Part shown: piece by piece, positions 51,401 to 64,000 of the stretch
Numbering within the stretch: position 1 is the first letter of the stretch
Layout of the letters: each line of letters opens with the position of its first letter
Origin: Phoronis australis
Taxonomy: Eukaryota; Animalia; Phoronida
Assembly (NCBI GenBank): GCA_002633005.1
Contig: NMRA01000345.1
Span: 124,001 to 188,000, forward strand
DNA: 64,000 nucleotides
Direction of reading: 5' to 3'
The notes under the pieces: model-generated
Told to the model about the DNA's origin: nothing
What the model saw: the letters and a program-made list of their open reading frames with translations, nothing else
The model's database searches: none
Made by a program: the position numbers and the translations under genes

Positions 51401-54400
51401 CTTAATGAACCTGATGTCATTTTGCTCAAATGTTGCACTGTTTACTTGTGATGTTTCAGCTACACACCTCGATCTTCCCGTCTCATCAAAGAAGTGTGTC
51501 CAACATAGCTTCGTGGTTCACACAAAGTACGAGTTAGCGCCGCCTTACCCATCATTTGCTCCGTTGATATTCATGAAACTTGATGGCGTCGTCATGTTCA
51601 ACACTGGTGACTCGCTAGTAGCATTGAGTGTAGAGCTAGGTGCAGCCAACAACTTGAGACTTTTCTCGCCAGAAGATAGGGACGAGTATATTCATGTTCT
51701 ATCACCAAGATCTTCACTGAGTTCTTATTCACATGAGGATCCTATAACCCGACACGGGGCCTTGAAAACTGGTTACAATAGCATGGTTGATGACTGCTAT
51801 GGCCGCCATGATATCTCGCCTAGGTCCTATGGCAGCGGTGAAGATCGTTCACGACCGTTCTCCTCTCCTGTTAGTCCTTATGCAAATAACTTAACGCCGC
51901 AACACCTGAACGACCCGTACTCGCCGAGCAATATCACTAGTGATTCGGAGTCGGATAAACCCGTGGACTATAAGCCCAGGTCTCGAATGGTCGAATTACG
52001 CACGACTCTGGCAAGCATAAGCAACAATGTGCGAGCTGCGGAAGATTTACAGATGAACTTGCCGGAGCTGAATAACACCCTCGCGGAAAGTACGAGACAT
52101 GAAGATCACGTTACATTACCAGTGGACGCTGTGTGCTCGGGGAGTGAGATTGAGGACCAGGAAAATTTGTGCGCCACACAGCTGATGAGTGATAAGAGTG
52201 TTGGCACGGACTCGGCTCCCATCATGAGAAAACATCTAGACTGTGGCCGGGAAATATCCATCACTCCCTCTGGTATCAAATCTCACAAGCGAGACCCGTA
52301 CGATTTCGAGAACAGTCCAGACCCTTGTAGGGCCACCGGTACAGACTGTTTGGGTGAATTTCCCACACCAAATATTCTTCTGCGAGTTCACCACCGTCCG
52401 CCGCGATTAGACATTAACAGAGAGATCAGTATATCATTGCCAGCACCGTTAACTCGTCCTGACTCTTCGATGAGTAGACAGAGCTTTGAGCTGGGTCGTG
52501 ATATTTGCCTTTCTCCGTCCACTACGGATGCATTCAGTACTTGTAGTTCGTGTTTGAACAGTCCTCTTGTCCTCCACAATGATAGTCAGTGTTTCACCTA
52601 CTCTATAAGACAGTATTACGAGAGAGAGGGGGAGGAGGAGGCGGTCATCGATATGGATGGTAAGTGGGAGGGGCTTATCATAGCGAATTATCTGTGATTT
52701 TTAAGTGGGAGGGGCTTATCATAGTGAATTATCTGTGAATTATAAATTTGTATTATAATGGTGGCAAAGTGGGAGGGGGTTATCATAGTGAATTATCTGT
52801 GAATTATAAGCTTGTATTATAATGGTAGCAAAGCGGCATGGGTTTATGAACAGTGCCTTTTGTGGTTGTTGCTTTAATGCTAATGCTAGTTTGGTAATCT
52901 CTGAGTTCCATCTGAATGTTGAAACCCACACTATAATGGCAAGGATATTCTTAACTCCGGTTCATTAATTTACATGTAGATTAATTAACATGTGAGTTAA
53001 TTAAATTGGGTTAATTAACATGTGGGTTAATTAACATGTGGGTTAATTAGCATAAGGGTTAATTAACATAAGGGTTAATGAACATATTTGTGGGAGGAAG
53101 AGTAGCTTCAACTTGTGCAACATGAATCATTATCAGTCACTGTTGGTTTGCGGCTCTCCTGATACTATTTCGTTATTTGTTCCGTTATTTGGTCTAGTTT
53201 TCAGATAGTGACAGAAAGTGTCTAGGAAGAATCGTATATTTTAATCTTATCAGCCAAACAGGACTAGTCTGTGATGAATCTGTGTGTTTTATGTGCATTG
53301 CGTTTAAAACTTATTGCTTGCTGTAGACCCGGTAAGCAAAGTCGCTAAATACTGTTTGTTTTGAACTGTATTCACAATATTGAGTGAGCATGTGTGCAAA
53401 GGTGTGTTCAGGTAATCTCCATGTTTCACCGTTTTATTTGTATGCCATATCCATCGGGTGTCAATGGCTAGGGCGTCTTAGTACAAAACTCAAAAATAAT
53501 GGTGTTGCCGTTAAGCTGAATTATAGAGATATGAGCATCCGAAGGTGACTAAGTGTTGAAAATTCAGAGGGGCGTTTAAGGGTACTAATCACCCTCCCCT
53601 AATTATGTTTTCTATCGTGTTATATTTGTGATCAANNNNNNNNNNTCACTCCCTCCCTCACCCTCTCTCCCTCACCACTCCCTCACCCTCCCTCTCTTTC
53701 TCTCTCAACAGCATTTTGGAGAACNNNNNNNNNAGTGCATACAAACAAAACATACCGGTAGTATGTGAAAGTTTCATTTGAATTCGATTGGCTTTTTCTG
53801 AGGTCTATATGGCGTTGGCCAAATTTTGACTTTTTGTAGAGTCCTGTGTAACTTGGTTGTTTTCAGCCTCGCCTAACAGTTCGCCAGTTGACTCTTGACG
53901 TAGAACAGTACATCGGAGAGACCATCAGGACCCAGGCTGAGTGGAGCAGTAGATATGTCGCCTTGACTGACTATGACATTCAGATACTGGATGTGAGCAC
54001 ATTACTGTCACTTTTTTTAATCTCTTCTGTTACAGTAAAGAGCAGATACATGGCCTTGATCAACTAGGACATTCAGATATTAGACATGAACACTACATTA
54101 CTGTCACTCAAATTAGTCCTTACAAAATTAATGCATATAGTTTTCAAAAGAAATTCTGAGTCTTGTCCAAAAAGGCCTCAGTCTGTAGCCTTTATCAGCT
54201 GTTTCTGTATGTTTGTTCAACACGATGTGGCCTAACATAGTTATTATAAATTTGGACAGGCGAAATTACTGCATAAGTGCAAAGTAAATGCTTTTAACAG
54301 TAAATAAAAAGTACGGTGACCAAAAAATTTAGGAAATCATGAAAACGAAGACCACATGATTACATCATTTTTCAAAATTGAAATGAGTCCACCCACAACT

Positions 54401-57400
54401 CAACATTTTGTGATGATTAACAGCCCTATTTACAATTCTTATATCTATTCAGAGTGACGTTTGATTTCAGCTGCGATGCCACAACGTTGGATAGGATTCT
54501 GAAAAGGAAAGTGAGATTCAAGATCCGAGTTATTGTCAACTCTTTGTTATATGATAGTGTAGAATGATCTTGATCGTTGTCTTTCAGGTGTGTCCTGAGA
54601 CATGCAGCGTAATAGCTATGGTCCTGGCTCTGGTGCGGGCCAAGCCTTACCCCCGCCAGGAACACAGGTGTAGGCACAACATGTAAGTACCAGTCAGAGA
54701 CAGATTGACGAGTCTTGTTGAATCCTTAGACAGAGATTGCTTGTGTACATTGTGGGCTCACGTTTAGTGTCATAATTATGTTGAGACACTTTGGCTGCAT
54801 TTGAATGACTTTGTTGATTCTGCCAAGTCAACCAGCTTAAGACATCTGATTGGTCCGTAAGCTGGAAATCATGATTGTGTGAACCAATCAGATGTCTAAT
54901 CACAGCCTTGTTTTGATCTCCTCTGTCAGAAGATATAACTCAAGTTATGAAGAGTTGCAGCAGCTTTAAACCGTGGTTCAGTCCAAAACTTTTGATTTAG
55001 ACCACTTACTGCTGTAAAATTGGTCTCACACATCTTGTTCCTTTCTTAGAAGAGATTGAAGTGGTTTCATGGTTTGCAAAGACCTGGGTGATCGTTATTT
55101 GTTGAGACCATGTTTGGTACATAAAATGGCCCACCGTGGTTATGAGAGCCTGGTCTCCAACAGTAATGACCTGCCAGCTTGTTCGAAGCCCTGAAACCAT
55201 CTCCAATTTCCTTAAGAACAATTTGAGACTAATTTCATAATGGTAAGTGGTCCAAATCAATATTGTAGTTTGTTCTCATGATGGAAGACTTCTAGTTTTC
55301 GATTATTGTACAATACCCGAGATGGAACTTTTAGGTTAAGTGTATTTTTGGTGTGTTTTGACTCTCTCGGAATTTATTTCATCTCACTTAAAACGTATAT
55401 AGAGTGCAATATCGACGGGTGAAAAATGGCCAAGTTTGAAGTATTAATGAGAATGACACAATTTGTGAAGTCTAAAATAACCGTCCTGTGCTTTCATCCT
55501 GACCACAGTATTGGCATGAAAAGATGCCACTTCAACTCACCTCATTTCAGTCACTCGATTTTTTGTGAGATGTCTGTAATCAGATCAATGGACACTTGGT
55601 TTTTGCGAAATGGGATATTCCGAGCAGCGCTCAATATAATTTTAGAGTTGTATACGTTTAGGACTTGCTTTGAACAAGAACAGAAATATCCCCAATTAAA
55701 ATTTTGGTTAAACCTCTGTCATGGTCAGGAACAATGTTAGAAAACAGAGCTTGCATAGCTCGTCAGCGCCAAAGTTGGTGTTTAAATTCAAATGACCTTA
55801 TGATGGGCCGCGGCGACCAGCCGTGTAGTTTGACATCGGGTGGTTGTATAGCCTAGGCGGCGTTATTTCTTTTTCTCTTTGTTCTCGTGAGGATTGTAGC
55901 ATTGTGTCATTTATTTGATATGTCAAATATAATAATTCTTGAAATTATGACCTAAGAGAAATGCGATTTACAACAAAAAGCTGATGTGCGTTAATTATTT
56001 TTCAGTTAAAATTTTTTCTTGCCTTCAGTTTATATATATATATATATATCTATATATATAAATAATTGCAGGCGTCTGGTCCATGTTGTACCGGACGTGT
56101 GCTGGCCACTCGGGTGGGCCCATTGCTCGGTGCATTCATTTAGTCCGAGACGACCATGTCATTCTTGGTGTTCCTAGCTCTCCCCATCTGTGTTCCACTT
56201 AGCGTTGGCAGCTGCCGTTACCTTTCTGTTGCAGTAAGTCATCGCCAAGACTATACCAGACTGGCTTCAAATTTGTATGGAACTTGACCTCAGGCGCTTA
56301 TACTACTATAGACATTGATGACTTGATGGAGTACAACATGGCACAGCTCAAAGGGTAAGCTTTGTACTGTGCTTGCTTATTTACTTATTATGTGCAAATC
56401 ATATTGCTCTGCATTCAGCCATTGTAGCGCACATGCTCTTAAAAACACACACATACACACATGCACTAGGTCTTGCACAGGCCTTGGCCATTCAAAGAAC
56501 TGTTCATTGTCAGTTTTTTACAAGGCGTAACAGGAGTGCCCATCTTTTTGCCCATTTAAAGACTGCAGGGTTTTAGCTGTTGGACGTATATCAGTACTGC
56601 AGTGGCAGCTCTACGTTTTTACGAAGGGGGGCTTAGGATTCGCATGGATTCGAGGCGTGTAGAATTTTTTTGGTTTTTGTAGCCGATTTCCTTTTCCTGG
56701 TGACGTTTTTAAATGCTTATTTTTGACCCTGTCTCAAAGGGGTTTTAAGTTTTTAAGTCCTGGTCACTTTGAATTGTAAGGCCTTGTCTTGTTATCATGC
56801 CTCCTTGTGGGTTTTGAACAGTTTTGCTACTCCACGTCAGCAGGACATGCATCTTTTGACATTCTGAGACTCAGGTTTGTTTGCGATGATTTCAGCAAAG
56901 ACTGGAACCCATGTCATGACCTGTGTGTTAGGATGCAGCGGCTGTGGAAGGTGCCTCAGTCACAAGTCAAGTCAGTCAACGTCCTGACCAATGATTCAGT
57001 GTTCAGAGGTTTGTTACTGTCCCTACAACAGTCGGGTCATTGTTTAAGACCTGCACACTTCGTAAAATTTCTTGGCCAAATGCCGAGCGGAATAAAATGT
57101 ATGAAATCAGTGACTGAATTGTCACGTGTGGATATTTTATAAAAGGTTTTTATACCAGTCAATATCAGTCATTTCTATGAATTGTTATGAATAGAATGGT
57201 GGTATAAATGGTTGATAATAATTTATATTGTTCATACAATACATCATGCAAGGTTTCAATTTACATTACCTCTTATCATTGTCGTAAATGATGGAGAGGT
57301 TTTCCACAAATGATGTCATGAATGATGATCATTTATCATCAAGCTCATATGAATTGATATCAACCAAAATGGGGCTGTAAGGGTTGACTTACAGGTTCAG

Positions 57401-57990
57401 TTGACCCTTGTTTAACTCATCGTCGCGCAACCCGTTTGACTTCTGCTGCGACCCGTTTCAGGAAGTTGTTCGCATCAATCCATCCTACATATGTGAAAAT
57501 ACAACCTAAATTTGTTTGTTGATGTTCCATGAAACACAATTTCTCTTGTTAATACTGAATTAATGTATTCAAGTAGATTAAGCCCACTAGTTTGGGTACT
57601 GAAGTCTCACCTACAATATTTTGCTCCACTCTGCAGTTCTGGTACCTAAGTGCGTGAAACGGTGTTTTTGTTCACGAAAGCTGCTGGATATCTAATATTG
57701 TTATTATGACAGGCAATTGTAGCATTAAAAAGAGATCATTTTTAAAATATTGTTAAAGAATTTTAGGAATTTCTTCAGCTTCATCTAATTTATGAAAAAC
57801 ATCTAAGGAAACTAGAGAAAAAACAAAGTTTTTATGTGGAAATTCGCCACTTTTTAAAGCATGAAAAGAGTTTAGTCTACTATTTCTTGAATGTATTGAA
57901 TATGCAAATTTTACAAAAAGCTTCACCCTTTCAGGTAAAAGTTTGCGGGTTCTACTGGATACACTCAACTACGTGGCAATCCTTTTGTAA
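42412..57990 (+). CDS. DCAF15: DDB1- and CUL4-associated factor 15 (CRL4 substrate receptor)
   Basis: Exons 42412-42522, 45950-46068, 46574-46718, 47147-47253, 48993-49093, 51460-52659, [one exon missing, probably in the N gaps ~53640-53730], 53867-53992, 54588-54682, 56235-56354, 56896-57008, 57935-57990. Motifs YVFLGFTKDGQFVLSY, VRLFGEE, Zn site CEEC...CVQH, HTKY..P.P.F, LTVRQLTLD, DYDIQILDVCPET, WKVPQS...VNVLTN and GKSLRVLLD match DCAF15. Confidence 0.9.
42648..43223. mobile_element. Older imperfect fold-back element, with an extra partial arm at ~43290-43515
   Basis: acagtgaccac...gtggtcactgt ends; internal inverted blocks (gcctcacactgactaaa / tttagtcagtgtgaggc; cgttcagttccc / gggaactgaacg). 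Confidence 0.75.
43551..44368. mobile_element. pogo/Tc1-mariner-type MITE
   Basis: TA-CAGT start; acctaaatatcggac motif repeated at the left and inverted (gtccgatatttaggt) at the right. Confidence 0.55.
48008..48103. repeat. 30-bp tandem repeat x3
   Basis: aaaatg.ttct.ctgaaa.cataatcagtc repeated three times. Confidence 0.85.
48403..48965. repeat. 28-bp minisatellite (GTTATAATGTTCATCTTATATCCGTTCA) x~20
   Basis: Head-to-tail copies without spacers. Confidence 0.95.
49520..49712 (+). pseudogene. THAP-domain remnant (transposase N-terminus)
   Basis: MVWCIVFACAN...ISF/RFP*EPIILRKWLGVVK...RVC../HF, recognisable across frameshifts and stops. Confidence 0.7.
49885..50200 (-). pseudogene. KolX / P2X7 C-terminal Cys-rich-like remnant
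   Basis: GYQFEPEYTDQEIIERL...NRLSDSLSWRQ*VNCTIMKTTDACVCCHEI...CL...HLDFAPV. Confidence 0.7.
52662..52820. repeat. Three short tandem copies starting at the DCAF15 exon 6 donor
   Basis: aagtgggagggg.ttatcatag.gaattatctgtg x3. Confidence 0.8.
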
Positions 57991-59094
57991 GAAAACCAAA
58001 GAAACAAGCGGCAGGATGAATTTTTTGTGTTTTGGATGATGAACATTTAAGTGTGCAAAGATCTTCCGAGGAGGAGTATAATGAACTACAGCACAACCGA
58101 CATAAGTGGGATCCACCCAGACAGACAGATTTCACACAAGCAAAGTGAAATCGGACTTATCTGAAAGACCAACTGAAGGAAATAAAACCAACAGTAACTG
58201 TGGAACCTAGCTCAAGTTAAGGAAAGATCTGATTTATGCAAGTTTTAATGTACCTTGTTTTAGATAAGATGACCATATCGACAACTTCTTGTTACATATA
58301 TTTTTTCATTTCTTTTGTCGAAAAGTGATTGAATCAAAACAATATAGGAACTCTCAGCTCAAGGTTTTGTATTTAATGTTATTTTACAGAATAAGTAATT
58401 GTACAAGAAGAGGTGTTGTTTCGCTTTTTTCGTGGCTATTATTCGCTCATTTACTCGAAAATAACAGGGATTACAACTGAACTGCATTTGCGTTTTGTTC
58501 AACATTGGCTGCACATAATCACAAACAGCATTTCCACCCACAATTGTAGATGTATTGAGCCATATGCAGTGTCACCTCATAAAAGCGCTGTCTTGGCTCG
58601 TATTTTGGAGGTGGAACCCTTCAGGGTGTTTTCTCGTCAAGAGTTGGTGTTCGTTATCACACACGATTGTTTCAAAGGGAAGATCCATCACCAACAACTC
58701 TGTGTGCGACTTCATCTAGATCAGCGGTACAAAATCTCCAGTTTGACACAATGAAAAATGTGTTATTTTGCTCAAAGTGGGCAATTGTACCAAAGTTTAG
58801 AAACAGACAACATTGGCAGTCCCAAGTTCAATGGCAAATGACAAGTCGATGCTACACATAATGGAATTGTATGGAAATGTTATGTTATTGGCTATTTTCA
58901 CTGATTTTATGAATTGCCAAATCTATTTTCAGGCCAACTGTCCATGCAAAACAAAGTGTCCAATATGCTGAACACCAACCTTCAGAATCAAGAAAATTCA
59001 AATGACTTGAATTTTGGTGTCCCAAGTTCTAGTGACTAAGACATTTTACAATAATAAGCACTGCACAGGATTTTCATCTTCAATGTGCTGACAA

Positions 59095-62000
59095 TTAATT
59101 CTTTGTTAGCAAGTTGGCATACTGAAAGTCTCCACTGGTTTCATAATCGCACATGTCCAAAGCCACTTCACAACTCTCTCTCACTACTCTGTGTTCATCA
59201 GTTAAGAACTGTCCAAGGATTCCACGACATTCTTCCGTTGCTATAGCACCCAACGCCTCGGCACATTCGTGGCGAACCATGGGGTTTTCCGAAGTATTTC
59301 TGAGGTTCTCGCTAAGACTCGACACAGATTCCTCTCTTTGCATCTGACCGAGAACGTAAGCTATCTCGTGACGAAACAAGGCGCTTTTGGGGCACCTCAA
59401 GCCTACAAAAATCGGTGAATGTACACAGTAACTGTTGTAAAATTAACAGGGTAACACTGAAACAGGTTCTCAAGAGATCATCTGAAGAACCGAGGTAACG
59501 AAAACAGATGATTACTCATCAAAACAGTTTGACCTTGTAGAGCAAGAACAAATTTTATCATGCGAAAATGAAAACGCTCTTACATGTAACAGGGCTCGAC
59601 ATAACGAGCTGCAGGTCGCATTTGCGACCTGAAATTTGGAAATGCGAGCTGAGATTTTTGTCAGCTCGTATAAAGTCGCAAAATGCGACCTGGAATTTCC
59701 AACGAATGNCAAGTTGGCATACTGAAAGTCTCCACTGGTTTCATAATCGCACATGTCCAAAGCCACTTCACAACTCTCTCTCACTACTCTGTGTTCATCA
59801 GTTAAGAACTGTCCAAGGATTCCACGACATTCTTCCGTTGCTATAGCACCCAACGCCTCGGCACATTCGTGGCGAACCATGGGGTTTTCCAAAGTATTTC
59901 TGAGGTTCTCGCTAAGACTCGACACAGATTCCTCTCTTTGCATCTGACCGAGAACGTAAGCTATCTCGTGACGAAACAAGGCGCTTTTGGGGCACCTCAA
60001 GCCTACAAAAATCGGCGAATGTACACAGTAACTGTTGTAAAATTAACAGGGCAACACTTAAACAGGTTCTGAAGAGATCATTTGAAGAACCGAGGTAACG
60101 AAAACAGATGATTACTCATCAAAACAAAGTTTGACCTTGTAGAGCAAGAACAAATTTTATCCTTATACGAAAATGGAAACGCTCATACATGTAATAATAA
60201 GGACTTCCACTAATTTTGCATTAGTCACATGGTTCATTTAACTGTAAGCGCTGATGTCAATTTACAAATCAAATATGTTCACAAATATACTTGGAATGTG
60301 CTTACAAGTTACAACTAACAGTTACTGTACTTTTCAAAAACATAGTTTTTGGAGAAATTTGTTAAGCTTCATAGGAGTTATGACAAATATCTTGAAGGAA
60401 AACTGGACCAAAAATAAATTACTCTGATGACGCATACAGTACAGGCCTTTGAATTTTCCTCTTTTAGGAGGATTTCCTCTTTTTTGGTTTTGGGGTCCTC
60501 TTACTGGATTTTCAGTTTCCTTTTTTCATCTCTTTTTATCCTTATTTTAACTTTATTTGTGCAAAAACGATTATATCAGATAAATTTTACAGCACAAAAA
60601 TCGTTTCTACCACACATGCCTATTTGTTTGTGGAACAATACACCACCTGGAAATTTTTCATCCATTTTTGTCACTGATCATACAAAGCCCTTCACAATAT
60701 GGCTGATAAGTGAAATTTCTCCAGAAAATAAAGATTACGAAAATTTTAGTCCATTACTAGCGTGGTTTGCACTATCGTAGTTATGACAAAAACATAAAAG
60801 AAAATTAGAAAAAAATAAATTACTTTGAAGAGGCATACAGTAATTCTTCACAGTATGGCTGACAAGTGAAAATTTCCCAGAAAAATAAAACAGTTAAGAA
60901 AATTTCAGTCTATTCCTAGCATGGTTTCATGGTATGTACTGTGTAGATGTAATAAAACAACTTTTGGTACATTTTCCATTATTCGCAGCTTTTGTATCAA
61001 CCAAGCCTTGTATCAGAGGGTGAAAACAATTATAGTTGTCCATGAGAATGGAAATACAGATTGTGAGATAAGAAATGGATTAATGACAACAGAATGCTCA
61101 CAGTGAGTATGTTGGTGTGGTTGATGAGGGAGGAATACAAGCTGCCCTGAATTTCCCCTTGAACTCGACAAACGAGCATTTCAGTTCTCCATATATATTA
61201 CCTTCACACAGAGCCAACACAGATTCTCGGTCACCTCTGTTTCGTAATGTGAACATNGTCGTGAAGAACAGTAAGGCCGTACCTGCATGAATGAAGTCAA
61301 TTTTGAGATCCGAAATTTGTGAGCATTTAACGCTGCAGGTAAGAGCATAATCTAAACATTTTCTCGATGATCTAAAAAATCTATTTTGGCGCGTTAAAAT
61401 GGCGGGAAAATTTTGCGACCTGGCATTTACGAATGCGAGCTGGATTTTGAAAATGCGACCTGGGATTTTGGCTAGGTCGCAAAATGCGACCTGGCGATTT
61501 TAATAGCGTCGAGCCCTGTGTAATAATAAGGACTTCCACTAATTTTGCATTAGTCACATGGTTCATTTAACTGTAAGCGCTGATGTCAATTTACAATTCA
61601 AATATGTTCACAAATATACTTGGAATGTGCTTACAAGTTACAACTAACAGTTACTGTACTTTTCAAAAACATAGTTTTTGGAGAAATTTGTTAAGCTTCA
61701 TAGGAGAGTTATGACAAATATCTTGAAGGAAAACTGGACCAAAAATAAATTACTCTGATGACGCATACAGTACAGGCCTTCGAATTTTCCTCTTTTAGGA
61801 GGATTTCCTCTTTTTTGGTTTCGGTGTCCTCTTACTGGATTTTCAGTTTCCTTTTTTCATCTGTTTTTATCATTATTTTAACTTTATTTGTGCAAAACGA
61901 TTATATCAGATAAATTTTACAGCACAAAAATCATTTCTACCACACAAGCCTATTTGTTTGTGGAACAATACACGGATCTGATATAAAATTTCCACGGCAA

Positions 62001-63373
62001 ATTCCTTTCTTACTGTGGCGCTGCAGACGACGTTCACCTCAAAAAGCGGAAGTTGCTCTTTATGTTTCGGAGGAACGTAAATTGTCAACATTGCCGGGGC
62101 ATCTGGGATAGCGTGGTGGGATTTTCAATGGCGTCTCGTGTTATTGTAAACCGCGGTGACAAATACTACGGTTCTGCAGCCAAAAATGTGTGGGTTGGGA
62201 GTGGACGGACGAGCTAAAAAACGCAGACACATGCTACTGATGGTGGTAACATTTCTTTCTTTTTTCAGTCCTCCCGATCGACCATTTCAAGGCTGGGTAG
62301 CGCGCATGTTTTGGGCCGTAAAAGTTTCCGCGTTTTTTGTCATTGGTCATTCCAAGCCCTGATGTACTGTGTAGATGTAATAAAACAACTTTTGGTACAT
62401 TTTCCATTATTCGCAGCTTTTGTAGCAACCAAGCCTTGTATCAGAGGGTGAAAATAATTATAGTAGTCCATGAGAATGGAAATACAGATTGTGAGATAAG
62501 AAATGGATTAATGACAACAGAATGTTCACAGTGAGTATGTTGGTATGGTTGATGAGGGAGGAATACAAGCTGCCCTGAATTTCCCCTTGAACTCGACAAA
62601 CGGGCATTTCAGTTCTCCATATGTATTACCTTCACACAGAGCCCACACAGATTCTCGGTCACCTCTGTTTCGTAATGTGAACATGGCTCGGTACCTCTCG
62701 AACAACGACAGGTCCTCACACAAGAGCGTGGCCTTCAGTTTAGCAGTGCACGTCTCACCACTAGGTGGTGCTGGGTCCACAGATTTGTATGGGTTGCTTG
62801 GCAGAGTTTCACCGTCCTCAGCATGTAACCAAGAAATTTTCTTCAAGGCCAGGTCACATGTTTCTGCAATCTAATCACGCAAATACACTATCATAAGGAC
62901 TTTCATTACAACATAAATCTTACGAGTGTTTATTTCATTGACATGTACCTTATTTTTAGTATAACTTAACCACTGAATGAAACTTACATCAACTTACTAA
63001 TTCCTATTCTTTTAAATCTTAATTCTTGAAATGGGTGAACCAAAATTTTGAGTTTAAGCAATATAACCATTTTACTAACCAAAAAATTAAGAAGAAAGCT
63101 TTTCAGGTAATAAGATAAAAAAGTAGAATAATTAAGTACAGCCGATCCATGTTACAACAAACCGGCCCTGGCATCCTAAAACATTGACTGTAACTGAAAT
63201 TCTGAGTCTGTAACTACATCAACACAGCTTGGCACATGTAGAATGAATCCTTTGTCCGTTGTAACCCCCAATCGACAGTACAGCAGTTACACTCACTTCT
63301 TGATTCGAATTTTCTAAATTCTTCTGCAAAACTGCAATGGCCTCCTTTGAGCCTATGGCACCAAGGGCCTCCC
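59095..63373 (-). CDS. DOHH: Deoxyhypusine hydroxylase, 3' exons (upstream exons lie beyond the window)
   Basis: Exons 63297-63373, 62630-62870, 59095-59402: [72 protein letters not shown]...FQYA. These are HEAT repeats carrying the iron-binding HE motifs. Confidence 0.95.
59590..61518. mobile_element. hAT-like element with 5-bp TSD, split by the interleaved haplotype contig
   Basis: CAGGGCTCGAC at 59590 and GTCGAGCCCTG ending at 61518; TGTAA on both flanks; empty site visible at ~60190. Confidence 0.75.
59710..61256 (-). repeat. DOHH: Alternative-haplotype copy of the DOHH last exon, intron and part of the preceding exon, inserted between single-n joins
   Basis: 59710-60002 repeats the last exon (one S/L difference) and 61202-61256 repeats the 3' end of the preceding exon; bounded by n at 59709 and 61257. 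Confidence 0.85.
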
Positions 63374-64000
63374 CTAAAACCAAATGAAAAAATGGTAATA
63401 TCATTCAAACCATACACTTTCTAGTTTTGGTAACAGTAACTTTAGGCACTATACTCACTTGTGTGTATATTTCTTCCAGCAACAATTCTGCTGTGTAGAT
63501 CGTGCACCTTAAAAAATTCACTAACAAAATCAAAACTTCATTTCAGTGCATCATTATCAATTGGCAACTAGGCAATTTTGAGAACCAATTCACTGAATTT
63601 CGCCAGTTCATCCACTGAATAACCACCCGATATTCCAGTCACTAAGTAGCAAGACTGCCTCGTCCACCAGTCTGCTCACCTACTAGTGCCAAACAATGTA
63701 TAGTGAAAATCCTTGGCATTTCATGAGTGCGCTCAAAAATAGTTCGACAATGAGACAAATAAGGAGAAAGGGAAACAGTAAAAGTTATCAAAGCAGAAAT
63801 GGCCATTTGGCATTGTTTTCGATGTCAGATATTACAAGATGTCACGCTTTTTTTTCGTCTAAAAATACATGAGGAGATAATCTGACTGGCTCCAACTTCC
63901 AAGTAATGTCAAATGTTGGCTGATGAAGTAAAACCCACAGTAATTGCTTGGTTCTCAAAGTCAGGTGCTGCTATTGTTGAGAAGTGCCCTGAAAGTGATC

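Noticed and set aside
59512-60002. Second DOHH gene or C-terminally extended isoform
   Set aside because: The extension crosses an n join into transposon sequence; the copy is best explained as the other haplotype.

Overview
Eukaryotic (AT-rich metazoan, probably marine invertebrate) genomic DNA from a fragmented, heterozygous assembly. I reconstructed four intron-rich genes by hand from GT-AG exons with consistent reading phase. (1) A POMGNT1-like GT13 glycosyltransferase (+, 17 coding exons, ~596 aa). Unusually, it begins with a signal-peptide-like segment and ends in KDEL, suggesting a soluble ER-resident paralogue rather than the canonical type II Golgi membrane enzyme. (2) DEPDC1-like (-, 12 exons, ~938 aa, plus a candidate 15-nt microexon). 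(3) DCAF15 (+), head-to-head with DEPDC1 across a 330-bp bidirectional promoter. (4) The 3' part of DOHH (-). Introns are rich in non-autonomous DNA transposons: a near-perfect 688-bp fold-back with 8-bp TSD, a decayed Kolobok with THAP and KolX (P2X7-ballast-like) remnants, a Helentron-type HINE nested in a Harbinger-type element, and hAT-like elements with 5-6-bp TSDs. Several minisatellites are also present. Apparent tandem duplications joined by N bases are most likely both haplotypes assembled in tandem, and they expose insertion polymorphisms.
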